Shown: positions 19,801 to 27,191 of the stretch, one piece after another | Layout: every line of letters starts with the position of its first letter | Position numbering within the stretch: position 1 is the first letter of the stretch | Source: a virus | DNA: 64,000 nt | Direction: 5' to 3' (one strand) | Virus record (IMG/VR): IMGVR_UViG_3300035698_006513 | Position numbers and translations under genes: made by a program | Notes under the pieces: model-generated | Databases searched by the model: none | Seen by the model: only the letters and a program-made list of their open reading frames with translations | What the model was told of the DNA's origin: nothing

Positions 19801-20104
19801 TGTATGTGTACTCTCTGGTTATCTTAGGTAAGCGAAGAAGGTTCATGCGACTCTTCGAGAGTACATCACCCGATTTATTATCTACCAACTCCAAGTCACC
19901 TACTAATGGCGCACCCCAAGTTTGGTTATTTTGTCTAGCCTTTTTTTGGCTAGTGACATCGTTAGACGATAAATTATCGTTGAACACCGCGGAGTTCAAG
20001 TTTATCGTGTGCTGATTCCCAACAATGGGAAAATAATCCTCTACGGATTTCTGTACACGCTCTTTTGTTAAGTCGAACTGATGCTCTGGAGAGAGATTCG
20101 CCAT
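13898..20104 (-). CDS. rpoBC: Fused beta-beta' multisubunit-type DNA-directed RNA polymerase (~2068 aa)
   Basis: Beta motifs: NPLS..., DPTHTPES, NFEDG, GDKLSGRHGNKG, PTRMNLGQ, GAQKMDQY. Beta' motifs: PVMPPKFRP, KRQDLSMR, RDPALH, catalytic NADFDGD (15905-15925), SGARGS, GEPLSQGSMNAFHEGG. AAGGAGG RBS favours a start at 20104. Confidence 0.97.
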   Translation of the reverse strand: MANLSPEHQFDLTKERVQKSVEDYFPIVGNQHTINLNSAVFNDNLSSNDVTSQKKARQNNQTWGAPLVGDLELVDNKSGDVLSKSRMNLLRLPKITREYTYIVRGQGRYVQNQFRLKSGVYAKRRQNGKLTSQFNLRQGVGFSLDMHDNGHMMLSYPTGGGSKKNIHLYPVLRAMGMSDDDISSQWGADTLAINRSAITSGKGKKDKGANEIYKMYEALNRKKPENMEEAIQGIKASFATTELYGDTTKKTLGKAFTSVSGDLLTTAAAKLYRVARDEDVVDNLEDLGFKEVWSVEDHIPEKIKNSRREIMRRVKNNLDKKTDVRQIMSPGTFNLPVKSFFTQDTRTLLGSQINPLSMLSDQRQTTLMGSGGITSEDQIIPENTLIDKTHLGFLDPTHTPESKRTGVVQHLPMGVVKQDNKLLTPIWDAKKKSMSLIDPIKLHDNNKIAYPDQFKWKDGKPTSSNKTVWADVGGERQQVSLKSVDYILPSAPALMGPISSAVPFVNQNHGARIMMSGRQMGQAIPMVRRQAPLVQSNAGNGKSVEEVYGEFASHTSPTAGTITRITKDNITISGKKGKDTVVPIYNNYPLNDAKVGVFMHAEPLVKVGDKVKSGQTLADTNYTKDGVLAMGRNMLTAFMPSGGENFEDGVVISQSAADEMTSPHLYRFTTEISKDTTLNKRDFLRYYKDAMTHGQQDKLDDTGVIKVGQELTPGDTIMSVLRKSTSNTTSGSLQKMKKVLFRPMDDKSEIWDKDATGKVVDVVRKGKYVTAYVRTEEPMREGDKLSGRHGNKGIVVKVKPDEDMPHTKDGRAVKVLMNPTTVPTRMNLGQVSELAAGKIAEKTGKPYVADHYHGFSDRSKDLAAELDKHNGVPTEELFDKDGTSLGQIGIGPQYILKLHQQIEKKQAVRGRGAYDINEAPKRGGKTGAQKMDQYGLYALLAHGARDLIKEKATYTSNRNDSLWEAIEGGMPIPPPQQSFAVDKFKAYLRGVGLNLEKRGHKLKMLPFMDSQIEKLSAGELRKPWLQLFGDKEEVGGLFDRHLTGGLNGSKWSHMTLSEPVINPLFFKGAVALTGLKRKELIDLSVGEKGMKDGKLVAPETEGATTGGAALYSMLNNLDVKGELASAKGALENASASARGPLINKVKYLRALDNEKLPATSYMLKRIPVMPPKFRPVLATDDNSPFRSSLNGLYKYVGLTNHQLKTFHPLMPLTEKTKLRRSLLGQVWKLFGGESRPYKEDRSIIPRENEDTLGILELIAGKKPKEGFFQDKLVSKRQDLSMRTTITVGADLDMDEVGLPKKSALKMFTPLVKAELKRRGLARKAQDMIDSGDPQAYKALEHVMRRKNGMGQEEFHPVLLKRDPALHAFSVMAYKPVLVDGDAIRLHPLSCEGFNADFDGDQMAAFVPVSPGGIEEAKNMLPSKKLFNTTHGEPAHKPSQEAVWGLYHMSKWGKKTNKSYKNRDAAQQALSAGKINMDDVVGVGDMRTTAGRLLIDDMLPESMRGGEHLTNPEYVINKSRMRGMLHKVAREFPKEYPRTVQSMLKQGNHVAYRTGRTISIKDLSSAADVRDPLLKAAHKKAAAIRAKKGISKDEKRERVIGVYNDATDSLLDAMNNKFKDTDNAIYHMNASGARGSVAQMRQMLGAPMLVQDGLSRTRENPVTRSYAEGLDFGSHWETQHGARKGIVQRATGTSDPGAMSKKIINTTMHQIIGANDCGTTEGLLMKANDPHTIGRYLGKSVSADGHVYEAGTLVDKDLQKSLTKGKDHINSIVVRSPLKCEHNDGICSKCFGLNEEGKLHNPGVNIGVIAGQAIGEPLSQGSMNAFHEGGVAKGGGAKSVSQFERATQLTTFPSTLPNATTLGMRSGKVSNVRKSPTGGFLVTVDGKDHKTQFRPTVKDGDIVKRGQSLSPGFVNPRELMQAHGPKNGIKKVRAYLTDELSQLFRTNPYNRKNVEVVVKSLTDLAEVVDPGNASGVTHGDYLTTPTINKLNKEQRADIKSVPVLKGVNVLPLVQTEDFLARANYEKLKSTFTDAALQGWESDIHGSHPIPALVWGKEFGKGTPDKPWAY

Positions 20105-20132
20105 ATTATAATCCTCCTTACAATGCACTCAT

Positions 20133-20160
20133 ATTATCAACATAACGTACGTGCAGTCAA
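20133..20160 (-). promoter_or_regulatory. sigma70-like promoter for the RNAP gene
   Basis: TTGACT-16 nt-GATAAT on the minus strand, upstream of the RBS. Confidence 0.45.
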
Positions 20161-20181
20161 CGCAGTAGGTGTAATTACTTC

Positions 20182-20195
20182 GGTATAAGAGTATG
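20182..20195 (+). promoter_or_regulatory. Promoter motif core (GGTATAAGAGTA)
   Basis: Matches the first 12 nt of copies 1-3; precedes AGGAG and ATG 20238. Confidence 0.55.
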
Positions 20196-20237
20196 AGAGC
20201 CGTCCCCACCTTTAACTTTAGAGTAGGAGTATACACT

Positions 20238-20381
20238 ATGAAGGATCTAAAATCTTGGAACACTAACGTAGTGAACGCATTCTTGCCAAAAACCAAGCCA
20301 GAGATGAGTAAGCTGTACAATGCTGTACTACATCCAAAGCCATTACCACAAATACCCAGAACACCAAAAGGTAAAAAATAA
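20238..20381 (+). CDS. Small basic hypothetical protein (47 aa)
   Basis: AGGAG RBS; in frame with track ORF 20193..20381. Confidence 0.55.
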   Translation: MKDLKSWNTNVVNAFLPKTKPEMSKLYNAVLHPKPLPQIPRTPKGKK

Positions 20382-20500
20382 TGTGGATGCTGTTCTTAGT
20401 CTCATTCGCATTTGGTTTTTCGTCTTCAGTAAGCGGCGCATTAACAATGGAAGCGATAAAAATCGCACAAGAGGAGGAAGGATACGATGGGGATGGATAA
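20381..20500 (+). CDS. 39-aa hydrophobic peptide
   Basis: TAATG stop/start overlap; MWMLFLVSFAFGFSSSV... Confidence 0.45.
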   Translation: MWMLFLVSFAFGFSSSVSGALTMEAIKIAQEEEGYDGDG

Positions 20501-20963
20501 CTATTGTCCCTTCTGTGAAAACAAATTGTACGAAGGTGACGAGATAATAATAGTCACCGCAGGATCGATGTCTTGGGGCGACAAGTCCCGACTTCTGTAC
20601 TGTGACCCGTACGAAAGATTCGGACGTAAACCTGCAGAGTTAATACTCCACATGGAGTGTTTCGAGGACGGACCCCAAAGAGATGAGACAGAGTTACTCG
20701 CGGTGGTTCTGTCTGAACATGCACTGATGTGGCCACAGTGCTGTTTGTGTGAAGAACCTTTGGCAGCGGGGGATGAAGTGTATATGTTTCAAGAAGGAGC
20801 GCTTGAACGTATGGAAGTACACATTCAGGAAATAGCCCGCGTAAATGAGTTCTGTGCAGTGAGAGCTGCATATTCTCATACTGGGTGTGTAGGTAAATCC
20901 GCTAAAGTATGGCTACCCAAGGATAATGGAGTATACCAGGAGGAGATGAAAGGTATATTTTAA
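20487..20963 (+). CDS. Protein with two CxxC...HxxC zinc-finger repeats
   Basis: CPFCENKLYEGDEI...HMEC and CCLCEEPLAAGDEV...HTGC; GAGGAGG upstream. Confidence 0.65.
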   Translation: MGMDNYCPFCENKLYEGDEIIIVTAGSMSWGDKSRLLYCDPYERFGRKPAELILHMECFEDGPQRDETELLAVVLSEHALMWPQCCLCEEPLAAGDEVYMFQEGALERMEVHIQEIARVNEFCAVRAAYSHTGCVGKSAKVWLPKDNGVYQEEMKGIF

Positions 20964-22831
20964 ATGACAGAGGTCTCAGGACCTCTCCTTGGAGGGAGTT
21001 GCTCAGGTAAGTTGCGTACTTCACCTGGGCTATTTTCTTTCATAATACGAACAACTTCCGCGGCCATTGCAGGCTGTTCCATACGAACCTGCGCTAACGC
21101 AGCAGCTCTGGCCTGTGGTTCTAGTGTCATCAATCGAGAAGAAACCTGTTGTGCATACTGTAAAAGATTAACCTGGATGTTGTTTCCGTCTGCCTCTGCC
21201 TCCGGTGTCATAGAATCTTGGGTAAGATCTGACCCTGCTTGGTCTTGCATCATTTCTCCAGATGCCTGGGGCATCTGCTCTTCTGCAGGCATACCTGTCT
21301 CTTCTTGCATCTCCATTTGAATGTCACGTTGTGCAAGTGTCTGCAAGCGTGTCGCCTTATTCTGCGCCTCCGTCTGAGCGAGTAAGCTACGTTCTTGCTC
21401 ATCGAACTTAGCTTTTTCTTCGTTCTGACGATTTTCGCGCTCTTCCGCAGCATCAAAACCGGACTCTTCCAAAAGAGCCTGATCACTTATTAGCCCAGAC
21501 TGCCACAGGTTGAACAAATATTGTCTGCGGTTCAGGTCGTCAGCCATACGGAAGTCACGAAGCTTTAGGGTGGAGGATGGCCAACCCATATATCCAGATA
21601 CTTGTTGTACGATCCAGCGCATATAACGCAAGTGCTCTTGTCTGTAGTTGAGCATCACGTTTTCCAGCATACGCATAGACACACTGGTACCAGAGTAAGA
21701 CAATCCGCCGAACACAAATTCTACAGGAACACCCATACCTGCAACTATTTGTTCGTTCACTGCACGAATCTCTTGGTGCAATAAAAGTGCTCTACCTTCC
21801 CCCGCGATGGTTTGGTTACCTACAGGGACAGGTAGTACGGGAATATAGTTGCGGTCTCTGCGGTACTTGGTAAGTTCCTCTTGAATCTGATCCTTCCAAT
21901 CAGTCAGATTCATCATGGTGTAGGGAGCGTCTCCCTGACTAGTACCTTGGGGAAACAGTACCCTTAGTGGAACTAGGTGTTCAGACGCAATCTGCTCTTG
22001 TGCTTTACGTAGTACCTGCAGATAATACACATCCTCAATGACAGGTAGAATCATAGGTACGCCCCACGCTCGTCCAAGTGTTTTGGAAGATATGGAGGGA
22101 CGTTTCATATGGAACAACCGGTTCTCGTTGAAAAGAAGGGGCTCATTGTCTCGGACAGACGCGAGGAAATCTTGTGGAGTTTTAGATACAACGCTGTGCT
22201 TCCCTACGACTATATCGTGACGCAGTAAGCTAGGCATAGTCCATCTGTATATAGTGTCCCCAGTGACTTCATTGTGAGAAATCTGAAAATCAGCAGGGTT
22301 CCAGCGCACAATGCGGATGCCTTGAGGATTCTTTATGTATACATCCTCTGCGTTTGCTTCACCGTAATTGCCGCACTTCTTACAGTTGAGTGAGAATGCT
22401 CCGCCACTGTAGTCAAACCTAGTACTCTTGGCCTGAACTTTGTGTCCGCATCTTTTGCACTCAAGGTACTTAATAAATGGGAACATGATACTGGAGAACA
22501 TATTTCCGTACACATTGTAATCCAGACCGGCCTCAATCAAGTGCGTATGTAGATCCATACTGTTGGTGAAGTAGTCTTCATAGAAATGTCGTACTTCCTT
22601 GTCCGCATCCTGCACAATAATCTCTGTGATAGGATACATCGCCATCTTGGTGGTAGCAGCGTTGATGAGAGGATTCATCAGGTAGTAGAACTTGCAGGTA
22701 TTCATTAGATAACGTACCTGCATAGGAGTCCACATTCGACCCTGAGTAGCAAAGGGGGAATCATATGGCATACCTGAATGTCGTGACTGATCCCCCATAC
22801 CGGAGCTTGGGCTGTACCCAGATAATGTCAT
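20960..22831 (-). CDS. Portal protein with zinc-ribbon insertion
   Basis: Portal-like NPLINAATTKMA, LFHMKRP...WGVPMI, GMGVPVEFVFGG, GLISDQALLEESGFD; inserted CKRC...CKKC. Confidence 0.75.
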   Translation of the reverse strand: MTLSGYSPSSGMGDQSRHSGMPYDSPFATQGRMWTPMQVRYLMNTCKFYYLMNPLINAATTKMAMYPITEIIVQDADKEVRHFYEDYFTNSMDLHTHLIEAGLDYNVYGNMFSSIMFPFIKYLECKRCGHKVQAKSTRFDYSGGAFSLNCKKCGNYGEANAEDVYIKNPQGIRIVRWNPADFQISHNEVTGDTIYRWTMPSLLRHDIVVGKHSVVSKTPQDFLASVRDNEPLLFNENRLFHMKRPSISSKTLGRAWGVPMILPVIEDVYYLQVLRKAQEQIASEHLVPLRVLFPQGTSQGDAPYTMMNLTDWKDQIQEELTKYRRDRNYIPVLPVPVGNQTIAGEGRALLLHQEIRAVNEQIVAGMGVPVEFVFGGLSYSGTSVSMRMLENVMLNYRQEHLRYMRWIVQQVSGYMGWPSSTLKLRDFRMADDLNRRQYLFNLWQSGLISDQALLEESGFDAAEERENRQNEEKAKFDEQERSLLAQTEAQNKATRLQTLAQRDIQMEMQEETGMPAEEQMPQASGEMMQDQAGSDLTQDSMTPEAEADGNNIQVNLLQYAQQVSSRLMTLEPQARAAALAQVRMEQPAMAAEVVRIMKENSPGEVRNLPEQLPPRRGPETSVI

Positions 22832-22834
22832 TTT

Positions 22835-23353
22835 TTACCTACCATTTCGGGTGTTGGTTATAGGGGCTGGTGTAGAATTGGGCGTGTTCGGTGTAGGTAA
22901 GTTACTGGGTTTAGGGGCCTTGCCCCAACCAAACATATCGTCTACAGCTTCCCCTCCACGTTCAAGTATACCTTTATGAACCAAAGCTCCTCCACCCAAT
23001 ACTTCTTGTGCAGCCATTCCTCCCAACATACCTGGAGACTTTAGCCCCGAACGCCGCTGGAATAAAGGCATGGGAGCAAGTTGACCTATCGTCCTACCTA
23101 TTTTCCTCCCTGGGCCACCTTCAACAAAAGGTGCCTGTGCTACTCCTAACCCAGTCATAGCCTGAAAATACCAAGGCATTTCTCTGAATGCGTTTATAGT
23201 ACCAGACACAGGATTAGACAATATTTTACCTACGCCCTTGAGTCCGTGTGAACCTACTAAACTCTGTTTAGCGTTATGTCCAACTAAACGTAGCATATCC
23301 ATCTTACTTAGAGCCTGCTTCTCCAGTATAGGATCGAACACATCAGAAAACAT
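22835..23353 (-). CDS. Gly-rich K-x-A protein
   Basis: MFSDVFDPILEKQA then amphipathic Gly-rich body. Confidence 0.6.
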   Translation of the reverse strand: MFSDVFDPILEKQALSKMDMLRLVGHNAKQSLVGSHGLKGVGKILSNPVSGTINAFREMPWYFQAMTGLGVAQAPFVEGGPGRKIGRTIGQLAPMPLFQRRSGLKSPGMLGGMAAQEVLGGGALVHKGILERGGEAVDDMFGWGKAPKPSNLPTPNTPNSTPAPITNTRNGR

Positions 23354-23356
23354 AAG

Positions 23357-23983
23357 TCATTCTCCTACGTTGGCTTCTTGCACAGCCCACTTAGATACCG
23401 TTTCACGAAAAGATTCCAATTCCGCCCTGCCTAATATAGCCTGTACACCCTCATTATGACTGTCGTTTATCTCAACATCCTCAATAGGAGTATCTCTAGT
23501 AATCAGAAATGTAGCCTCTGCTCCTGCATTATAAGGCCGTATAAACTTTCTAGCGAAACTCAGCTCAGGGATGGGAGGGTAATGCAGACCTGCGTACATA
23601 AGTTGCGCAGCTACATATCTAGGCGTATCGTCTTCGTATGACTCCGTCCTAACCTTATTCATAACATACACACCTAGACCCAACTCATGTGCATCTAGGT
23701 GTGTATGCATATTAAAATCCACAGATATAGCATTAAATGCATGTACAACAGGAGAGAACACCTCAAATCTAGTCCAAGGTGCACCCGTAGCATTACAAAC
23801 ACGTAGTGCTCGAATCTTCTCTTGGACCAGCTCGTGGGGGCGCACAAACTTCTCAGTTATACTTGTAATCGCCGCCTCAAAATCTTCCACCAACACCTCT
23901 TTACCAAAATGCTGTAGGAGCATCTTTAATAGTGCAATAGGGGATACGGTTGGGTCTAGAAGAAGTTGATTATCGTAAGGCAT
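23357..23983 (-). CDS. Hypothetical protein (head module)
   Basis: 208-aa ORF in the minus-strand operon. Confidence 0.65.
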   Translation of the reverse strand: MPYDNQLLLDPTVSPIALLKMLLQHFGKEVLVEDFEAAITSITEKFVRPHELVQEKIRALRVCNATGAPWTRFEVFSPVVHAFNAISVDFNMHTHLDAHELGLGVYVMNKVRTESYEDDTPRYVAAQLMYAGLHYPPIPELSFARKFIRPYNAGAEATFLITRDTPIEDVEINDSHNEGVQAILGRAELESFRETVSKWAVQEANVGE

Positions 23984-24003
23984 TGGATACTCTATCCTTG
24001 AAT

Positions 24004-24046
24004 GTAACGTAGGTAATACAGGAATTGTGTGTATTACCTACGTTAC
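24004..24046. repeat. Perfect 17-bp inverted repeat (stem-loop)
   Basis: gtaacgtaggtaataca-9 nt-tgtattacctacgttac. Confidence 0.85.
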
Positions 24047-24054
24047 TGTAATGT

Positions 24055-25986
24055 TTAGGTCAAGGCGAGAATGCGATATTGAGTAGTGATCTGGACGGTG
24101 GTGGTAGATGTTCCGGGGTCAACAAAAGCGGTTCCGTTGTTGATAACTTCGATCCCTTCGTTCTGGGGGGTAACATCTTGGATAGTGGGGGTTGCAATAT
24201 CCGCTCTTTCAGGGCGAACTGTACGCAATTGTGTCGTAGCAGCAAGATCAACAACACCATCAGCTTCGGATTCGGCAATGCGTCGATTGCTTACAATATG
24301 TTGAAAAAGGAGGTTCCCATTTCCGGCCACATCATTGAAAGCTGCTGTGCCATAAGTCGCCAAAATCGTAAACGAGATGGGTTCTAGGTAGAAGCCTGCA
24401 CCGGGGGCGGGGGCAAGTGAGATGGGTGTGGCATTCAACGCAGCCAAATCTGCGGCAGTAAGAACAGTAACGTTTGTGCTGTAATAAGGAGTTAGGTACT
24501 CCAACCAGCTAAGAGAGTCGGTATCAACATCGACAGGATTAACCTCAGTCAAATACCAAAGTCTGTTTGCAAGTGTCCCTTCTTCAGAAAACACGCGACA
24601 TCCGCCGACAGCTTGAGAAACTCCTGCAATGAAATCCGTGGGGCGAGTCAGTGGAACAGCAGCAGTATTCCAAACCCAGATGCCGTTCTCATCGGGAGCG
24701 GCTTGTCCTGTCAATAGTACACGATCCCCCAAAACCATAACCACGCCGTCAATGTTAGCTCCGGGGGTTGCAATAGTGATTGGAGAGGTTTCGATGACTC
24801 GAACGTTAGTTTTGACTTCACTAGCCAAACGAGCGGCGGATTCTATAGTCATCTCTGTGAGGGTTTGAACTGGGTTTGCACCGGTAGGAACGTTAGCGGC
24901 AAGGCCGTCCTTTTCGTTTGCGGTTGGGTAGTATGGTCCTGCACAAGCTGCGTACACAGGAGTTCCTGTATCAACAACTAAAACCGCAGTGTTGGTCATT
25001 TGGAACCACTGGTTAACGTGTATTGCGCCCTCTCGCACTTGAACGAAATTATTACGAGGCACTTCTGCGTCAGTATCCGCATCAGTTCGACGAGTAAGGA
25101 TAGCCGCAACAGCGCCAGTCCCTTCCGTGGTCACGGTGTATATTCCGCCATCAGCGTTACCCTCGTCTTTAACGAGTATGTCATCACCCAAAACCATCGC
25201 AACAGCATCGATAGTAAGAATACCTACGGCTCCCGCCGTAAAGGTTTTACCTACACCGGTGCCAGAAGCAACATAACCAGCCAGAGCACCTGTGGTTGCT
25301 ACTCTAACAGATTTCTTCGCCGGAGATGCCGCCGTACCTACACCAATAGCGGCAGTCTGCGTTGCGAGTGTTTGGAGGGGGTCAGCCGCTGTAGGCGTAT
25401 TAGCAGCGACGCCTGCTTTTTCATCAGCAGTCAAATAGTTTGGTCCCGCGAAAGGAGCAAAAACCAGAACCGTAGTGTTAAGAGTGATTGGGTTGTTCGT
25501 CGTCAACTCAAAAGCTTCATCTTTGTTGGCGGTGCCTTCTTCAACTGGAACAAGCATTCCGGCAGTAACTTCTGCGCTAGTATTGGCATCGGTGGATCGA
25601 GTCAAGATCCAAGGTATTACGCCTGTACCCTGTTGGGTCATCACGTAGATACCGTTAGTCTGTCCAGCAGGAGTACCGAGTTCTTGCTGATGCTGTAGGA
25701 GCACACGGTCTCCGGCGACGAGCAAGACGCCGTCCACAGTAAGCGCCCCACCAATGGGAGATTCGGTCAGCACGTTTGCTGCGAATGTTCCTACAAGGGG
25801 GCTACCCGTAACAGTAGCTGCGCGGACGCTACTTTTTATGTCATTGGAGATAGCTGCTACAGAGGTTTCGATAGCTAAAAGAGCAGATCTGATGTCTTCG
25901 CGAAGAACGAGGAGATCCTCGTCGAACCACTTAGTGGCTATTTTCTTTGCGATTGTTGCGGGCCAAGAAACGGGATACGTAGTCAT
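24055..25986 (-). CDS. Virion decoration/fibre-like protein with three tandem beta-rich domains
   Basis: Three copies of K.xVR..T...D[GA]V...GD.[VI]L....GI[YW]....LTR.TD.....EG; AGGAG RBS. Confidence 0.7.
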   Translation of the reverse strand: MTTYPVSWPATIAKKIATKWFDEDLLVLREDIRSALLAIETSVAAISNDIKSSVRAATVTGSPLVGTFAANVLTESPIGGALTVDGVLLVAGDRVLLQHQQELGTPAGQTNGIYVMTQQGTGVIPWILTRSTDANTSAEVTAGMLVPVEEGTANKDEAFELTTNNPITLNTTVLVFAPFAGPNYLTADEKAGVAANTPTAADPLQTLATQTAAIGVGTAASPAKKSVRVATTGALAGYVASGTGVGKTFTAGAVGILTIDAVAMVLGDDILVKDEGNADGGIYTVTTEGTGAVAAILTRRTDADTDAEVPRNNFVQVREGAIHVNQWFQMTNTAVLVVDTGTPVYAACAGPYYPTANEKDGLAANVPTGANPVQTLTEMTIESAARLASEVKTNVRVIETSPITIATPGANIDGVVMVLGDRVLLTGQAAPDENGIWVWNTAAVPLTRPTDFIAGVSQAVGGCRVFSEEGTLANRLWYLTEVNPVDVDTDSLSWLEYLTPYYSTNVTVLTAADLAALNATPISLAPAPGAGFYLEPISFTILATYGTAAFNDVAGNGNLLFQHIVSNRRIAESEADGVVDLAATTQLRTVRPERADIATPTIQDVTPQNEGIEVINNGTAFVDPGTSTTTVQITTQYRILALT

Positions 25987-25998
25987 GAATAACTCCTA

Positions 25999-27060
25999 TT
26001 AACGTGATTCTTCACGTACGTCTTTCGCCAAATTGGTGAGAACCCGCTTCATTGTAGGCTCTGCCTTGTCGAAAAATTTAATGGGGTTTGTTAAAAATTC
26101 CTGGCCCAAATTTCTGCCAAGAACATCTTCGATATATTTAGGTCTGAAGTTTGTTATGCGAAGCAAGTCTTCTCCGGTGATTGTCTCACCGCCGAAGGTA
26201 CATTCGTACTTGCTCTCGGCTAATTTGATATTGTTTTGGTATGTGGTTGCCCACGGGTCAGAGATAGCGGCATCCCAAAACACATTAACTTGTGAGTCCA
26301 TGTCAATCTCAGCTAGCTTCACCGCGATTTCTTCTAAGGGAGAGTCGTCTTCCAGAAGCGCATTGTATCTCTCCTTGAATTCTGGGACAACCGCAGCACG
26401 AGCTTGCATGGCCGACTTGAATAGGAATGATCTCTCTTCACCTAGATACGCACCTGCAAGCTCCCCTACAGGAACTTCATACACACTGGCGTGTTTATCG
26501 AAAGATTTAGCGACTTCTCTGCGCAGCTCAAAGGGGATCTCGGACATGTTATTCTCAAACCACACACACGCCAACTTAGCAGAATCCTTGGAATAGATTG
26601 GGAAGTGTTGCTCTCCGTTTATATTAAGAGTGTACGCATACTTCTCAAAATACTGAGCCTCTTTTACGTGAGGATTTGGGTGAGCTTCACACTCAGCGGC
26701 TATTTGTACCGCTTCAATATCTCCCGCATCCGCAGCCAACTTAGCAATGGGGTCTGGTACGGGTAACGAGAAGCGGAAGAAACCTTCATGTAAACGCTTG
26801 GCTATAATAGCAGACGCTTGCTTGGTGAGGTTATGGTCGCCATGAAGCAGGTACCCCGCAGACATTGCTGTATTATCTGCAGTGTTCATAGGAAATCTTC
26901 CTTGAGCATGTCCCTGCTCATCCACAAAAACACCACCATACTGATCCGAGGGCAGACCCATCACAGTTTCACGACTGACGGAGGCCATCTTGTCGAAGGT
27001 ATCATTAGGCAAATAGGCTGCTTGCCAGAGTTTGTCATCGATGAAATCTCTAATTTTCAT
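25999..27060 (-). CDS. Head-associated hypothetical protein rich in K-x-A motifs
   Basis: DKMAS, TKQAS, AKLAA, VKEAQ, EKYAY, DKHAS, VKLAE, IKLAE. Confidence 0.7.
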   Translation of the reverse strand: MKIRDFIDDKLWQAAYLPNDTFDKMASVSRETVMGLPSDQYGGVFVDEQGHAQGRFPMNTADNTAMSAGYLLHGDHNLTKQASAIIAKRLHEGFFRFSLPVPDPIAKLAADAGDIEAVQIAAECEAHPNPHVKEAQYFEKYAYTLNINGEQHFPIYSKDSAKLACVWFENNMSEIPFELRREVAKSFDKHASVYEVPVGELAGAYLGEERSFLFKSAMQARAAVVPEFKERYNALLEDDSPLEEIAVKLAEIDMDSQVNVFWDAAISDPWATTYQNNIKLAESKYECTFGGETITGEDLLRITNFRPKYIEDVLGRNLGQEFLTNPIKFFDKAEPTMKRVLTNLAKDVREESR

Positions 27061-27092
27061 AGTAACCTCGCACAGTGTAAATATTCGATGTT

Positions 27093-27121
27093 AGTGTACA
27101 ACTACTTCCAGTTATGGTCAA
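27093..27121 (-). promoter_or_regulatory. sigma70-like promoter for the leftward structural operon
   Basis: TTGACC-17 nt-TACACT on the minus strand. Confidence 0.5.
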
Positions 27122-27191
27122 GAGAATCCCTGTCTGCTGATGCGGCACAAGATACAGAACCGTATATAATAATGATACAGAAGGAGATAAT

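Noticed and set aside
13898-20104. Cellular rpoBC locus (bacterial chromosome or chimera)
   Set aside because: Flanks are portal and baseplate genes with no ribosomal-protein genes, and the sequence is highly divergent and shortened.
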